From Betaproteobacteria bacterium (GTDB taxonomy: Bacteria > Bacillota > SHA-98 > UBA4971), in assembly GCA_050260395.1 (NCBI GenBank), contig JBLNCC010000063.1:76-64075 (forward strand): 64,000 nt of DNA. The letters are read 5' to 3'. Shown piece after piece: positions 17,941-26,706 of this stretch. The position numbers and the translations under genes were made by a program. Each line of letters starts with the position of its first letter. Position 1 is the first letter of the stretch. The notes beneath the pieces were generated by a model, which saw nothing but the letters and a program-made list of their open reading frames with translations, was not told where the DNA came from and made no database searches.

Positions 17941-18095
17941 ATAGAGCTGGGCAGGACGCGACCTTGCCCTAACCAGAAGAAGGATGACGGGCCCCCATGC
18001 CGAAGTCTTATTCTGAAGAAGGACCGAAGAACAGCGGCAAGCGGCGGTTTCCCTGCTCGAGTTTCGAAGCCGGGACAACTCCGGGGGTGAGATCA

Positions 18096-20507
18096 ATGGC
18101 AGACGCCATCGTCCGAAACCCGTCCGGTGCCTTTGACTTCGCGACGCACCCTGATACTCCTCCTTCCGAGAGGGACTTCGCGCGGCTAGAAACGGCATGG
18201 CGCACGTTCGTGGAAACCGGGGAGATCGACTCATCCGTCGTGAGACCGGTAATCGCCGAATCGTGGAAGAGATGCCGGGCTCTCGGGCTCGACCCCGAGG
18301 ACACAAGGTGTTTCGACCTCGCGGATGAAAACGAGGTGCGCGCGCGTATATCCGCCAACGAGCAGCTCATCTCCACGGCCTGGTCCTTCATGAGCACGCT
18401 TTACAAGCTTGTGGCCGGCTCTGGATTCCGTGTGGACATCACGGACGGCGAGGGTTTCCTGCTCAGGAGCATCGGGGACGATCAGGTCCTCCAAGAGACG
18501 AGCCGCGTGCGGCTCGCGCCCGGTGCGAGCCGGCACGAGTCGCGCGCCGGCACGTGCGCCATCGGGCTCGCGCTCATGCTGGATGAGCCTGTCCAGGTGG
18601 TCGGAGCCGAGCACTACAACGTCCACATCCACTGGGTCACTTGCTCGGCGGCACCCATCCACGACCATACCGGGAAGATAATCGGGGTGCTGAACATGAC
18701 GGGCAGGAGAGAGCTCGTCCACAAGCACACCATCGGGATCGTCGCCAGCATGTCGGAGGCCATCGAACGCGAGCTCGCTCTGGAGCGCTCCCTCCACGAG
18801 ATCCGCACGCTGAACCGGTTCCTCGGAACTGTGTTCGATTCGATAAGGGACGGCCTCGTGGCGATATCGTCCGACGGCACCATCATGCGCGTGAACGAAG
18901 CCGCGCTGCGCATCTTCGGCATAGAGCGGGAGGACGCCTTGGGCAGGCCCATCGACGCCGCGTTCGGGCTCTTCCCATCGGTCGTCCAGATACTCAAACA
19001 ATCGAAACACCGTGAGTTCAAGGAACACGAGATCTCGATACGCACCGGACACGGCACCACGAGGTGCCTTGCGACCATCCGCACGCTCCGCAACGCAAGC
19101 GGGGACTGCATAGGCACCCTCGCGGTTTTCGACAAGATGGAGCGCGTGAGGAGCCTCGTTCGCAGGATGGTCGGGGCGCAGGCCAGGTTCACGTTCGATG
19201 ACATCGTCGGGGAGAGCCCCGCCCTTCAAGAGGCCGTTAGGCTCGCGAAGGCCGCCTCGCGCACCGACTCGCGCGTGTTGCTTTGCGGAGAGAGCGGCAC
19301 GGGGAAGGACCTCTTCGCCCAGGCAATCCACAACGCAAGCGCCAGGAAGGAGGGTCCGTTCGTCGCCATAAACTGCGGGGCTGTGCCCACCGAGCTCATC
19401 GAGAGCGAACTCTTCGGGTATGAGGAAGGCGCCTTCACCGGTGCGCGGCGTGGAGGAAAACCGGGCAAGTTCGAGCTGGCCGAAGGAGGCACGCTTTTCC
19501 TGGACGAGGTGGAAAGCATGCCCCTGGAGATGCAAGTGAAGCTCCTTCGCGCCCTCGCGGACGACCAGGTGATGAGAATAGGTGGCACGGAGATGATCCC
19601 GATAAACGTGCGGATAATCGGCGCAACTAATCGTAACCTCGCCGACGAGGTGCGGGCGGGCAGGTTCAGAGAGGACCTCTACTATCGCTTGAATGTGGTG
19701 AACATCTCCATACCCCCGCTTCGACAAAGGCGTGACGACATACCTTCGCTCGTCAGCCATTTCCTCGATCGCCACTGGCTCAGCGTGTCGCGCGGGCCGC
19801 ACGCTCGCGGTGCAGACCCAATGTTCACGATAAGCCCTGACGCTCTGGACGTTTTGAGGAACTACGAGTTCCCGGGGAACGTACGTGAGCTCCAAAACGT
19901 GTTGGAGAGAGCGGCAATAGCGGCCACCGAGAAGCAGGGGGACCAGTCTGAGGACACCATCGTCATCACCCCGGACTGCCTGCCGAAGGACGTGTTCGCG
20001 GGCGAGGGTCTGCTTTCGCTGACGCCGTATGCATCGCCGCCGCCACTGACGAGGCAGCTGGCGCACGCGACGCCGACGGCTGCAGCGCTACCAGCTTCGC
20101 CACCTTCGACTTCGTCAGCGCCATCGGTGCCGCGAGCGTCGGCGGCGCCGCCGGCGCTCGCGCCGCTGCGAGGGACGGGAGCCGCGTCTCCGGGCTCCCC
20201 GATGTCCCCTGCATCCCCGCCCTCCCTGCTGGCGTCCGGGCCGTCCCCGGCATCCCCACCGCCCCCAGCGCCCCCGGGGCCCGCGGCACCCCTGGTTTCT
20301 CCGGGCCCCCGCGGCGCTCGTGCAGAATCCATAGAGAGTATGCAAAGCATCGAACGCGACGCCATCCTAAAGGCCCTCGGCTATTGCGGCGGAAACGTCT
20401 CCAGGGCCGCCGCCATGCTCGGCATCGGCCGGAGCACTCTTCACAGGAAGCTCAAGAAGTACAACATAGTCCCGAATCGGCACAGTGTATCACATGGTGC
20501 TTCATAA
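18096..20507 (+). CDS. sigma-54-dependent transcriptional activator (AcoR-like GAF-PAS-AAA+-Fis HTH)
   Basis: Walker A GESGTGKDLFA, GAFTGA loop, PAS-like segment (VFDSIRDGLVAISSDGTIMRVNEAA), C-terminal HTH GGNVSRAAAMLGIGRSTLHRKLKKY. Start taken at MADAIV (18096). Confidence 0.92.
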   Translation: MADAIVRNPSGAFDFATHPDTPPSERDFARLETAWRTFVETGEIDSSVVRPVIAESWKRCRALGLDPEDTRCFDLADENEVRARISANEQLISTAWSFMSTLYKLVAGSGFRVDITDGEGFLLRSIGDDQVLQETSRVRLAPGASRHESRAGTCAIGLALMLDEPVQVVGAEHYNVHIHWVTCSAAPIHDHTGKIIGVLNMTGRRELVHKHTIGIVASMSEAIERELALERSLHEIRTLNRFLGTVFDSIRDGLVAISSDGTIMRVNEAALRIFGIEREDALGRPIDAAFGLFPSVVQILKQSKHREFKEHEISIRTGHGTTRCLATIRTLRNASGDCIGTLAVFDKMERVRSLVRRMVGAQARFTFDDIVGESPALQEAVRLAKAASRTDSRVLLCGESGTGKDLFAQAIHNASARKEGPFVAINCGAVPTELIESELFGYEEGAFTGARRGGKPGKFELAEGGTLFLDEVESMPLEMQVKLLRALADDQVMRIGGTEMIPINVRIIGATNRNLADEVRAGRFREDLYYRLNVVNISIPPLRQRRDDIPSLVSHFLDRHWLSVSRGPHARGADPMFTISPDALDVLRNYEFPGNVRELQNVLERAAIAATEKQGDQSEDTIVITPDCLPKDVFAGEGLLSLTPYASPPPLTRQLAHATPTAAALPASPPSTSSAPSVPRASAAPPALAPLRGTGAASPGSPMSPASPPSLLASGPSPASPPPPAPPGPAAPLVSPGPRGARAESIESMQSIERDAILKALGYCGGNVSRAAAMLGIGRSTLHRKLKKYNIVPNRHSVSHGAS

Positions 20508-20548
20508 TGATACAGTGGGGTCCACCAAGTACAGGGTCATTGGTTTTC

Positions 20549-20684
20549 CTCTCGTGTTCCGAGGTCCTGGGTTGCCCATGATAGCGGGACGGGTGTCGAT
20601 ATCCGGCCACTTACCGGACGATCCGGACTCTAACGAAGCGCGCCCCGCTTGGGGCGCCGTCCCCGAGTGCAACACCGGCAGCCC
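20549..20684 (+). repeat. foldback (MITE/REP-like) element, copy 2
   Basis: GGGTTGCCCATGATAGCGGGACGGGTGTCGATATCCGGCC ... GCGCCCCGCTTGGGGCGCCGTCCCCGAGTGCAACACCGGCAGCCC; aligns with the other three copies. Confidence 0.8.
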
Positions 20685-20838
20685 TGCACGGCTCGTGTGC
20701 TCCCTGGAACCGGCGATTACTCGCGGCGATCTGCTTGGAATCGTCGTTGTCTCGCCGTCGCCGTTCATACTCGTTCGTACGCCAATGTAAAGGACATCCC
20801 GCAGCCGCAGCCTCTCATGTTGAATGTCGAAGGGTAGA

Positions 20839-20855
20839 TGGCACAACACTTGCAT
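20839..20855 (+). promoter_or_regulatory. sigma-54 (-24/-12) promoter for the transketolase-TRAP-SDR operon
   Basis: TGGCACaacacTTGCAT matches the consensus. It lies about 30 nt upstream of GTG 20885, which has a GAGGTGGG RBS. Confidence 0.8.
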
Positions 20856-20884
20856 GTTCCCTTGAGGCGGCGAGGTGGGTTGAA

Positions 20885-21778
20885 GTGGAGCAATGTGCAT
20901 ATCTCTCCGTCACACAACTGCCCGACGTCGCGAGACGAGTCCGTCATCACATCCTGTCCATGATCCACACATCCGGAGCTGGCCATCCAGGCGGCTCCCT
21001 CTCATGCGTCGAGATCCTCGTAGCCCTGTACTTTCGCGAAATGAGGGTGAAACCCGAAGATCCTCACTGGCCCGATCGAGACCGCTTCGTATTGTCAAAA
21101 GGGCACGCAAGCGCGGCCTTGTATAGCGTCCTGGCGGAGAGAGGCTTTTTCCCTGTAGACGAGCTCCCGACCTTCGACGCTATCGACAGCAGACTCCAAG
21201 GTCACGTCGACATGGCCAAGACGCCAGGCGTGGACATGTCCACGGGCTCGCTCGGACAGGGGCTTTCAGCCGCGTGCGGGATGGCGCTCGGGGCAAAGGT
21301 CAGCCGGAAAGACTTCCGCGTGTACTGCCTGCTGGGGGACGGCGAGACGCAGGAGGGCCAGGTGTGGGAGGCCGCGATGTTCGCAGGCAACAAAGGCCTC
21401 GACAATCTCACAGCCATCGTCGACTACAACAAGGTCCAGCTCTGTGGGCCTGTCGCGCAGGTGATGCCGCTCGAGCCCTATACCGACAAATGGCGCTCTT
21501 TCGGCTGGTCGGTGGTGGAGGTGGACGGACACGATTTCGAGCAGCTCATCAGCGGTTTCCGGCGCGCCCGCGAGACGGCCGGCGTGCCGACCGTGCTGGT
21601 GGCCCACACCGTGAAAGGCAAAGGTGTCTCGTTCATGGAAGGTCAAGCCAAGTGGCACTCCAGGCCGATTGCCGGAGATGAACTCGAACGGGCGCTTGAG
21701 GAAATCGGGTTCGCGCGGGGGCAAACCTCGTGCGGCCCGGGCCTGTTCACCGGTGGAGTCGGAGGTGGTGTGCGATGA
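20885..21778 (+). CDS. transketolase, N-terminal (TPP pyrophosphate-binding) subunit
   Basis: SGAGHPGGSLSCVEIL and GDGETQEGQVWEA motifs. I prefer GTG 20885 (RBS GAGGTGGG) over the track TTG 20735. The stop overlaps the next ATG as ATGA. Confidence 0.88.
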   Translation: MEQCAYLSVTQLPDVARRVRHHILSMIHTSGAGHPGGSLSCVEILVALYFREMRVKPEDPHWPDRDRFVLSKGHASAALYSVLAERGFFPVDELPTFDAIDSRLQGHVDMAKTPGVDMSTGSLGQGLSAACGMALGAKVSRKDFRVYCLLGDGETQEGQVWEAAMFAGNKGLDNLTAIVDYNKVQLCGPVAQVMPLEPYTDKWRSFGWSVVEVDGHDFEQLISGFRRARETAGVPTVLVAHTVKGKGVSFMEGQAKWHSRPIAGDELERALEEIGFARGQTSCGPGLFTGGVGGGVR

Positions 21779-22842
21779 GCAGCGGCGTGCGCGAATCGAT
21801 CCGGGATGCGTTCGGCAGTGCCCTCGTGGAACTTGGGAGGAGCGACCCGCGGGTCTTGGTGCTGGACGCGGATCTCGCGGAATCAACCCGCAGTGCCAAG
21901 TTTGGAAAAGAGTTCCCCGGGCGCTTCATCGAATGCGGGATCGCCGAGCAGAACATGGTGGGGGTGGCGGCGGGCCTCGCTACTGTGGGTTTTGTGCCTT
22001 TCGTCACAACTTTCTGTGTGTTCGCGAGTAAGCGGGTGTACGACCAAGTCAGCATCTCCGTGGCGTACCCGAGGCTCAACGTCAAAATGTGCGGCGCCTA
22101 TACCGGTCTCTTCACGGGAAAAACCGGCGCTACCCATCAGGCCATCGAGGACCTAGCGCTCATGCGGGCGCTCCCGAACATGACCGTGATCGAGCCTGTT
22201 GACGCGAGAGAGGCAGCGCTTGCCGCGAGGTATGCGGCGCAGATCCCGGGCCCCGTGTACCTCCGGATAGCGCGCGATGCCTATCCTGTGCTCCCCGGCC
22301 ACATGGTGGGGGAGGCCGGCCCCTCATCGGGGGAAGCGGATGGCGGCGCGAACGGTCGCCCACCGTTTATGAGGGTCAGGACCCTCGCGGACGGTGACGA
22401 CGTGGCGATCATCGCCATGGGCACGATGGTTCACACAGCGCTGGCCGCACGCGAGGTGCTGCGGGAAAGAGGCGTGGCTGCAAGGGTGGTCGCGGTATCC
22501 TGCCTCAAACCCATCGACGAGGAGAGCATCGTCAAGGCCGCGACGGACACGGGAGCGGTCGTGACCGTCGAAAACCACAGCATTATCGGGGGTCTCGGCG
22601 GAGCGTGCGCGGAAGTGCTTGGTGAAAAGCACCCCGTTCCGCTGAAAAGGGTGGGCATCCGGGACGTGTTCGCCGAGTCAGGGGCCGACGCAGACCTGGC
22701 TCGCAAGTACGGACTCACCGCCGATCACGTAGCCGAGGCCTGTCTGGAGGTCCTCGCGGCCAAACAGGGCCACGGTCAGGGGGGTGCTGGCGTCGACAGC
22801 GCCGACGACGGGCTCGCGCGAGTTGCACGCGCCCGCGCCTGA
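21775..22842 (+). CDS. transketolase, C-terminal (pyrimidine-binding) subunit
   Basis: FIECGIAEQNMVGVAAGLA motif. ATGA coupling to the N-subunit. Contains a Gly/Ala-rich insertion (GEAGPSSGEADGGANG). Confidence 0.9.
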   Translation: MSSGVRESIRDAFGSALVELGRSDPRVLVLDADLAESTRSAKFGKEFPGRFIECGIAEQNMVGVAAGLATVGFVPFVTTFCVFASKRVYDQVSISVAYPRLNVKMCGAYTGLFTGKTGATHQAIEDLALMRALPNMTVIEPVDAREAALAARYAAQIPGPVYLRIARDAYPVLPGHMVGEAGPSSGEADGGANGRPPFMRVRTLADGDDVAIIAMGTMVHTALAAREVLRERGVAARVVAVSCLKPIDEESIVKAATDTGAVVTVENHSIIGGLGGACAEVLGEKHPVPLKRVGIRDVFAESGADADLARKYGLTADHVAEACLEVLAAKQGHGQGGAGVDSADDGLARVARARA

Positions 22843-22998
22843 CGGAGGAGACTCATGGACGACGCGACAAGACAGAGAATGCTCGCGCGGGAGGTGGTTG
22901 CGGCGTAGAACGCGAGACATGGTAATCTCACCGTGACAGGGTTGTCGGGTCAACACGGGAGGACGCCTGCTACTAGACGAGCGAGGAGGTTGCGAACG

Positions 22999-23985
22999 AT
23001 GAGAAGACTGTTGGGCGTTTGTCTACTCATAATGCTGGCTGTGGCTTTGTTCCCGCCGGTCACGCGCGCCGCCCAGCCAACCTATACTCTCCGCTTCAAC
23101 CACGTCCTGGGCCCGAACCATCCGTACCATGCAGGATTCCAGAAGTGGGCGCAGCGAGTGGCCGAACGGACCAAGGGTGATCTTCAGATCCTAGTGTTCC
23201 ACAGTGCTGCGCTGGGCGTCGAAGAGGACATCCTGGAGCAAATCCGCCAGGGCGTTCCGGTGGGCCAGAACACCGACGCGGCCCGGATGGGCAACTACAT
23301 TCCCGACATCGCCGTTATGAACGCCCCCTACTTTGTGGACAGCATCGAGGATGTGGTCAAGCTCAGCCAGCTACCCACGGTCAAGAAGTGGATCGACGAG
23401 CTCGCGAAGAAGTACGGGTTCCAGGTGCTTTCGATCCAGTGGGTTCAGGGGTTCCGTCATTTCATGACCAATAAACCTATCCGGAAGCCCGAGGATCTGA
23501 AGGGCTTGCGGATAAGGACCGCCCCGGCCCCGATCTGGCAGGAGGGGGTTAGGGCCTTGGGCGCGACGCCTACCGCCATGGCTTTCGGCGAGATGTACAC
23601 CGCCCTGCAGCAGGGTGCCATCGACGGGGTGGAACTGGTTTACGACAACATCATGGACGGAAGCCTCTATGAGGTCCTCAAGTATGTGGACGAGACCGGG
23701 CATTTCCTGCTCATCAACTTCATCGTAGTCAGTTCGGATTGGTTCAACAAGCTCCCCAAGGAGTATCAGAAGATACTCGTCGAGGAGTGCGACAGGGCGG
23801 GTCTCGAGACCTCTTACCTGATCCAGGAGAACACTGACAAGGTCAGGAAGCAGGTTCAGGACAAAGGCATGGTCATCATCAAGGACGTGGATGTGAACGC
23901 CTTCAAGAAGGCCGGCGAGGCCGCATATCAAAAGATGAATCTCGTAGGAGTCAGGGACGCGATTTACAAGGAGCTCGGCAAGTAG
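22999..23985 (+). CDS. TRAP transporter substrate-binding protein (DctP family)
   Basis: Signal peptide MRRLLGVCLLIMLAVALFPPVTRA plus a DctP-like body. GAGGAGG lies 8 nt before ATG 22999. Confidence 0.9.
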   Translation: MRRLLGVCLLIMLAVALFPPVTRAAQPTYTLRFNHVLGPNHPYHAGFQKWAQRVAERTKGDLQILVFHSAALGVEEDILEQIRQGVPVGQNTDAARMGNYIPDIAVMNAPYFVDSIEDVVKLSQLPTVKKWIDELAKKYGFQVLSIQWVQGFRHFMTNKPIRKPEDLKGLRIRTAPAPIWQEGVRALGATPTAMAFGEMYTALQQGAIDGVELVYDNIMDGSLYEVLKYVDETGHFLLINFIVVSSDWFNKLPKEYQKILVEECDRAGLETSYLIQENTDKVRKQVQDKGMVIIKDVDVNAFKKAGEAAYQKMNLVGVRDAIYKELGK

Positions 23986-24121
23986 GGAAGAGGTCCGCGG
24001 AGCAAATGGCCGGTTGAACCGGCGACCGAGCCCCCGGCCCGCGCCCCGTGCCGGTGGCGGACCGGGGGCTCGGCATGCGGGGAAGCGCTGGGGCAGGGCT
24101 TCCAGCCTTCGCCGAGGGGGG

Positions 24122-24655
24122 ATGCGTATGTCCAGAGTGAGACGAGTCTACGACGTCATTTGCCGGGCTGAGGAGGCCATTGCCGGTGTTCTCCTCGTCG
24201 CAATCCTCGTCCTCATATTCGGGGCCGCGGTGGCGAGGGGCGTGGGGCGCCCGCTCGCCTGGGGGATGGACATGGCCACCTTCCTCTTTGCCTGGGCGGT
24301 CTTTTTCAGCGCCGATGCTGCCATGCGACAAGATCGCCACGTAAACGTGGACTTGCTCGTCAGCCGGCTGCCGAAAAGGGCCCAATTCTACATCAACATC
24401 CTAAACTATCTCATCATCGCCGCGTTTTTGGTCTTTCTCATCGTATACGGGGTTTGGATGTCCTACCTGACGAGGTTCCGGACATTCCAGGGCATCCCGG
24501 GATTCAGTTATACGTGGGTCACACTGAGCGTGCCTGTGGGCAGCGCGCTGCTCCTGATCACCACGGTGCTCAAGATCGGACGGGTCGTCGCAGACCATCG
24601 CCGCGAGTCCGCCGCCGAGAGCTGCGACGCTAAGACTCAGGCTCTTGAGGCGTGA
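24122..24655 (+). CDS. TRAP transporter small permease (DctQ family)
   Basis: About 177 aa with 4 predicted TM segments, between the DctP and DctM genes. GAGGGGGG RBS before ATG 24122. Confidence 0.85.
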   Translation: MRMSRVRRVYDVICRAEEAIAGVLLVAILVLIFGAAVARGVGRPLAWGMDMATFLFAWAVFFSADAAMRQDRHVNVDLLVSRLPKRAQFYINILNYLIIAAFLVFLIVYGVWMSYLTRFRTFQGIPGFSYTWVTLSVPVGSALLLITTVLKIGRVVADHRRESAAESCDAKTQALEA

Positions 24656-24676
24656 CGCTGCCTAGGGGGGACAGAC

Positions 24677-25957
24677 ATGACGTGGGTCTTGATCGTGTTC
24701 GTGACCTTGCTGTTACTAGGGATGCCCGTGGTCTTCGCCATAGGCATCTCCGGATTCATTTTCTTTCTGCAGCAGCCGAGCTTGCCCCTCACCATGCCGG
24801 TGCAGCGCATTCTCTCCGAGACGCAAAACTTCGCGCTGCTCGCCATCCCCATGTTCATCTTCGCCGGCAACTTGATGAACGAGACCGGCATCACGAAGCG
24901 ACTCGTGAGGTTCGCCACGACGTTGGCCGGACACATGTACGGCAGCCTGGCGCAAGTGAGCGTGGTGCTGAGCACGCTCATGGGCGGAGTGTGCGGCTCG
25001 GCCATCGCCGATGCCTCCATGGAAGCCCGGATCCTCGGCCCGACGATGACCGCCCGGGGTTACTCACGGGCATATTCGGCAGCCGTGCACGGCTTCACAG
25101 CGCTCATTACCATTGCGATCCCCCCCAGCATCGGGCTCGTGCTGTACGGAACCATCGGTGAGGTCTCAATCGGGCGCCTGCTGGCGGGAGGCATCGGGCC
25201 CGGCCTTCTCATGTCGGCCTTCTTGGCGACGGCGGTGGCGATCACCGCGCGCCGCAGGAGGTATCTGCCTGAAAGGCAGAAGATGGCTCCTCTCGGGGAG
25301 ATCCTGCCGACTTTCGCGCACACCGTCTGGGCCATCCTCTTCCCGTTCCTGATTTTGGTGACCCTGCGCTTCGGGCTGCTCGTCCCGTCGGAAGCCGGGG
25401 CCGCGGCGGCCGTGTATGCGATGGCCGTCGGCCTCGTCGCGTACCGCGAGATGACGTGGGAAGGGTTCAAGCGCGCGGTGAGGCTGACCATCATGGACGT
25501 CGGCATGGTGATGTTCCTCATCGCACTTTCTTCCCTCATCAGCTACGCGATGACTTGGGAGATGGTGCCCCAAGCGTTGTCTCAGCTCTTACTCGGAATC
25601 AGCAACAACCCGAAGGTCATCATCGGGATCATCATGCTTTTCCTGTTTTTCCTCGGCATGTTCGTCGACTCCACCGTCATGATCCTCCTGCTCACGTCCA
25701 TTCTCGTGCCCGTGGTGAAACGGGTGGGCGTGGACCCGGTGTACTTCGGAGTGTTGATGGTGATAAGCTGCGCCTTCGGGCTGCTCACCCCGCCGGTGGG
25801 CTTGGCGATGTACTCCGTATGCTCCGTCATGGAATGCTCGGTGGAGAGCTTCGTAAGGGAGGGGTGGCCGTTCGCGCTGGCGGTCGTCCTCGTGATAGTC
25901 GCCATGTACCTCTTCCCCTCGATTGTGACGTTCATCCCCAACGCGATCTTCGGTTAA
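24677..25957 (+). CDS. TRAP transporter large permease (DctM family)
   Basis: 426-aa polytopic protein with a DctM-like N-terminus (LLLLGMPVVFAIGISG). Confidence 0.92.
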   Translation: MTWVLIVFVTLLLLGMPVVFAIGISGFIFFLQQPSLPLTMPVQRILSETQNFALLAIPMFIFAGNLMNETGITKRLVRFATTLAGHMYGSLAQVSVVLSTLMGGVCGSAIADASMEARILGPTMTARGYSRAYSAAVHGFTALITIAIPPSIGLVLYGTIGEVSIGRLLAGGIGPGLLMSAFLATAVAITARRRRYLPERQKMAPLGEILPTFAHTVWAILFPFLILVTLRFGLLVPSEAGAAAAVYAMAVGLVAYREMTWEGFKRAVRLTIMDVGMVMFLIALSSLISYAMTWEMVPQALSQLLLGISNNPKVIIGIIMLFLFFLGMFVDSTVMILLLTSILVPVVKRVGVDPVYFGVLMVISCAFGLLTPPVGLAMYSVCSVMECSVESFVREGWPFALAVVLVIVAMYLFPSIVTFIPNAIFG

Positions 25958-25974
25958 CGTGGAGGTAAGACACG

Positions 25975-26706
25975 ATGGAGAAGTGCGTAGCGATCGTTAC
26001 CGGGGGTGTGGCCGGCATCGGCCGGGCCATCACCCTGGCTTTGGCTGAAGAAGGCTATCTCGTGGTAGCGTGCGACGTCAACGTCGAGCGAGGGCGGGCG
26101 CTCGCCGCCGAGCGCCCGGGGCAAGTGGTCTTTCAGTGCTGCAACGTGGCGGAGGAAAGCGACGTGCAGCGGGTCGTGCGGGAGACCTGTGCGGCATACG
26201 AGAGGATAGACGCGCTCGTCAACAACGCCGGCATCATCAGGCGGCGAACGAGCGAGGAAATCAAGACGGCCGACTGGGACGACGTCTTCGCCGTAAACGT
26301 GCGGGGCGCCTTCCTTTTCTGCAAGCACGTGGCGGACGTCATGAAACGCCAGAGAAGGGGCAAGATCGTCAACGTTTCGTCGGTTGCAGGCAAACTGGGC
26401 GACATCACTTCCGCGCCGGGTTATGGCCCGTCCAAGGCCGCTCTCGATGCCTTGACGAAGACCTTTGCCAGGGAGATGGCCCCGTATGGCGTGACCGTCA
26501 ACGGCGTGGCCCCGCACGCCATCGCGACGGAGATGAGCGCCGAGTGGTCGGAGGAAAAGAGGAAGAGCATCGTCGAGGCCATTCCTCTGGGGCGGCTGGG
26601 GAAGCCCGAGGAGGTCGCGGCGGTGGTGCGGTTCCTCCTGTCACCGGGAGCTGACTTCATTACCGGCGAGATCATCGACGTAAACGGAGGCCTCCTCATG
26701 GACTAG
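25975..26706 (+). CDS. short-chain dehydrogenase/reductase (FabG-like)
   Basis: VTGGVAGIGRAI and YGPSKAAL motifs; GGAGG RBS. Confidence 0.9.
   Translation: MEKCVAIVTGGVAGIGRAITLALAEEGYLVVACDVNVERGRALAAERPGQVVFQCCNVAEESDVQRVVRETCAAYERIDALVNNAGIIRRRTSEEIKTADWDDVFAVNVRGAFLFCKHVADVMKRQRRGKIVNVSSVAGKLGDITSAPGYGPSKAALDALTKTFAREMAPYGVTVNGVAPHAIATEMSAEWSEEKRKSIVEAIPLGRLGKPEEVAAVVRFLLSPGADFITGEIIDVNGGLLMD

Noticed and set aside
18231-20066. 611-aa minus-strand ORF
   Set aside because: It is antisense to the sigma-54 activator (Walker A, GAFTGA and HTH on the plus strand). Its composition is dominated by R, G, P, H and A, and no family was recognised.
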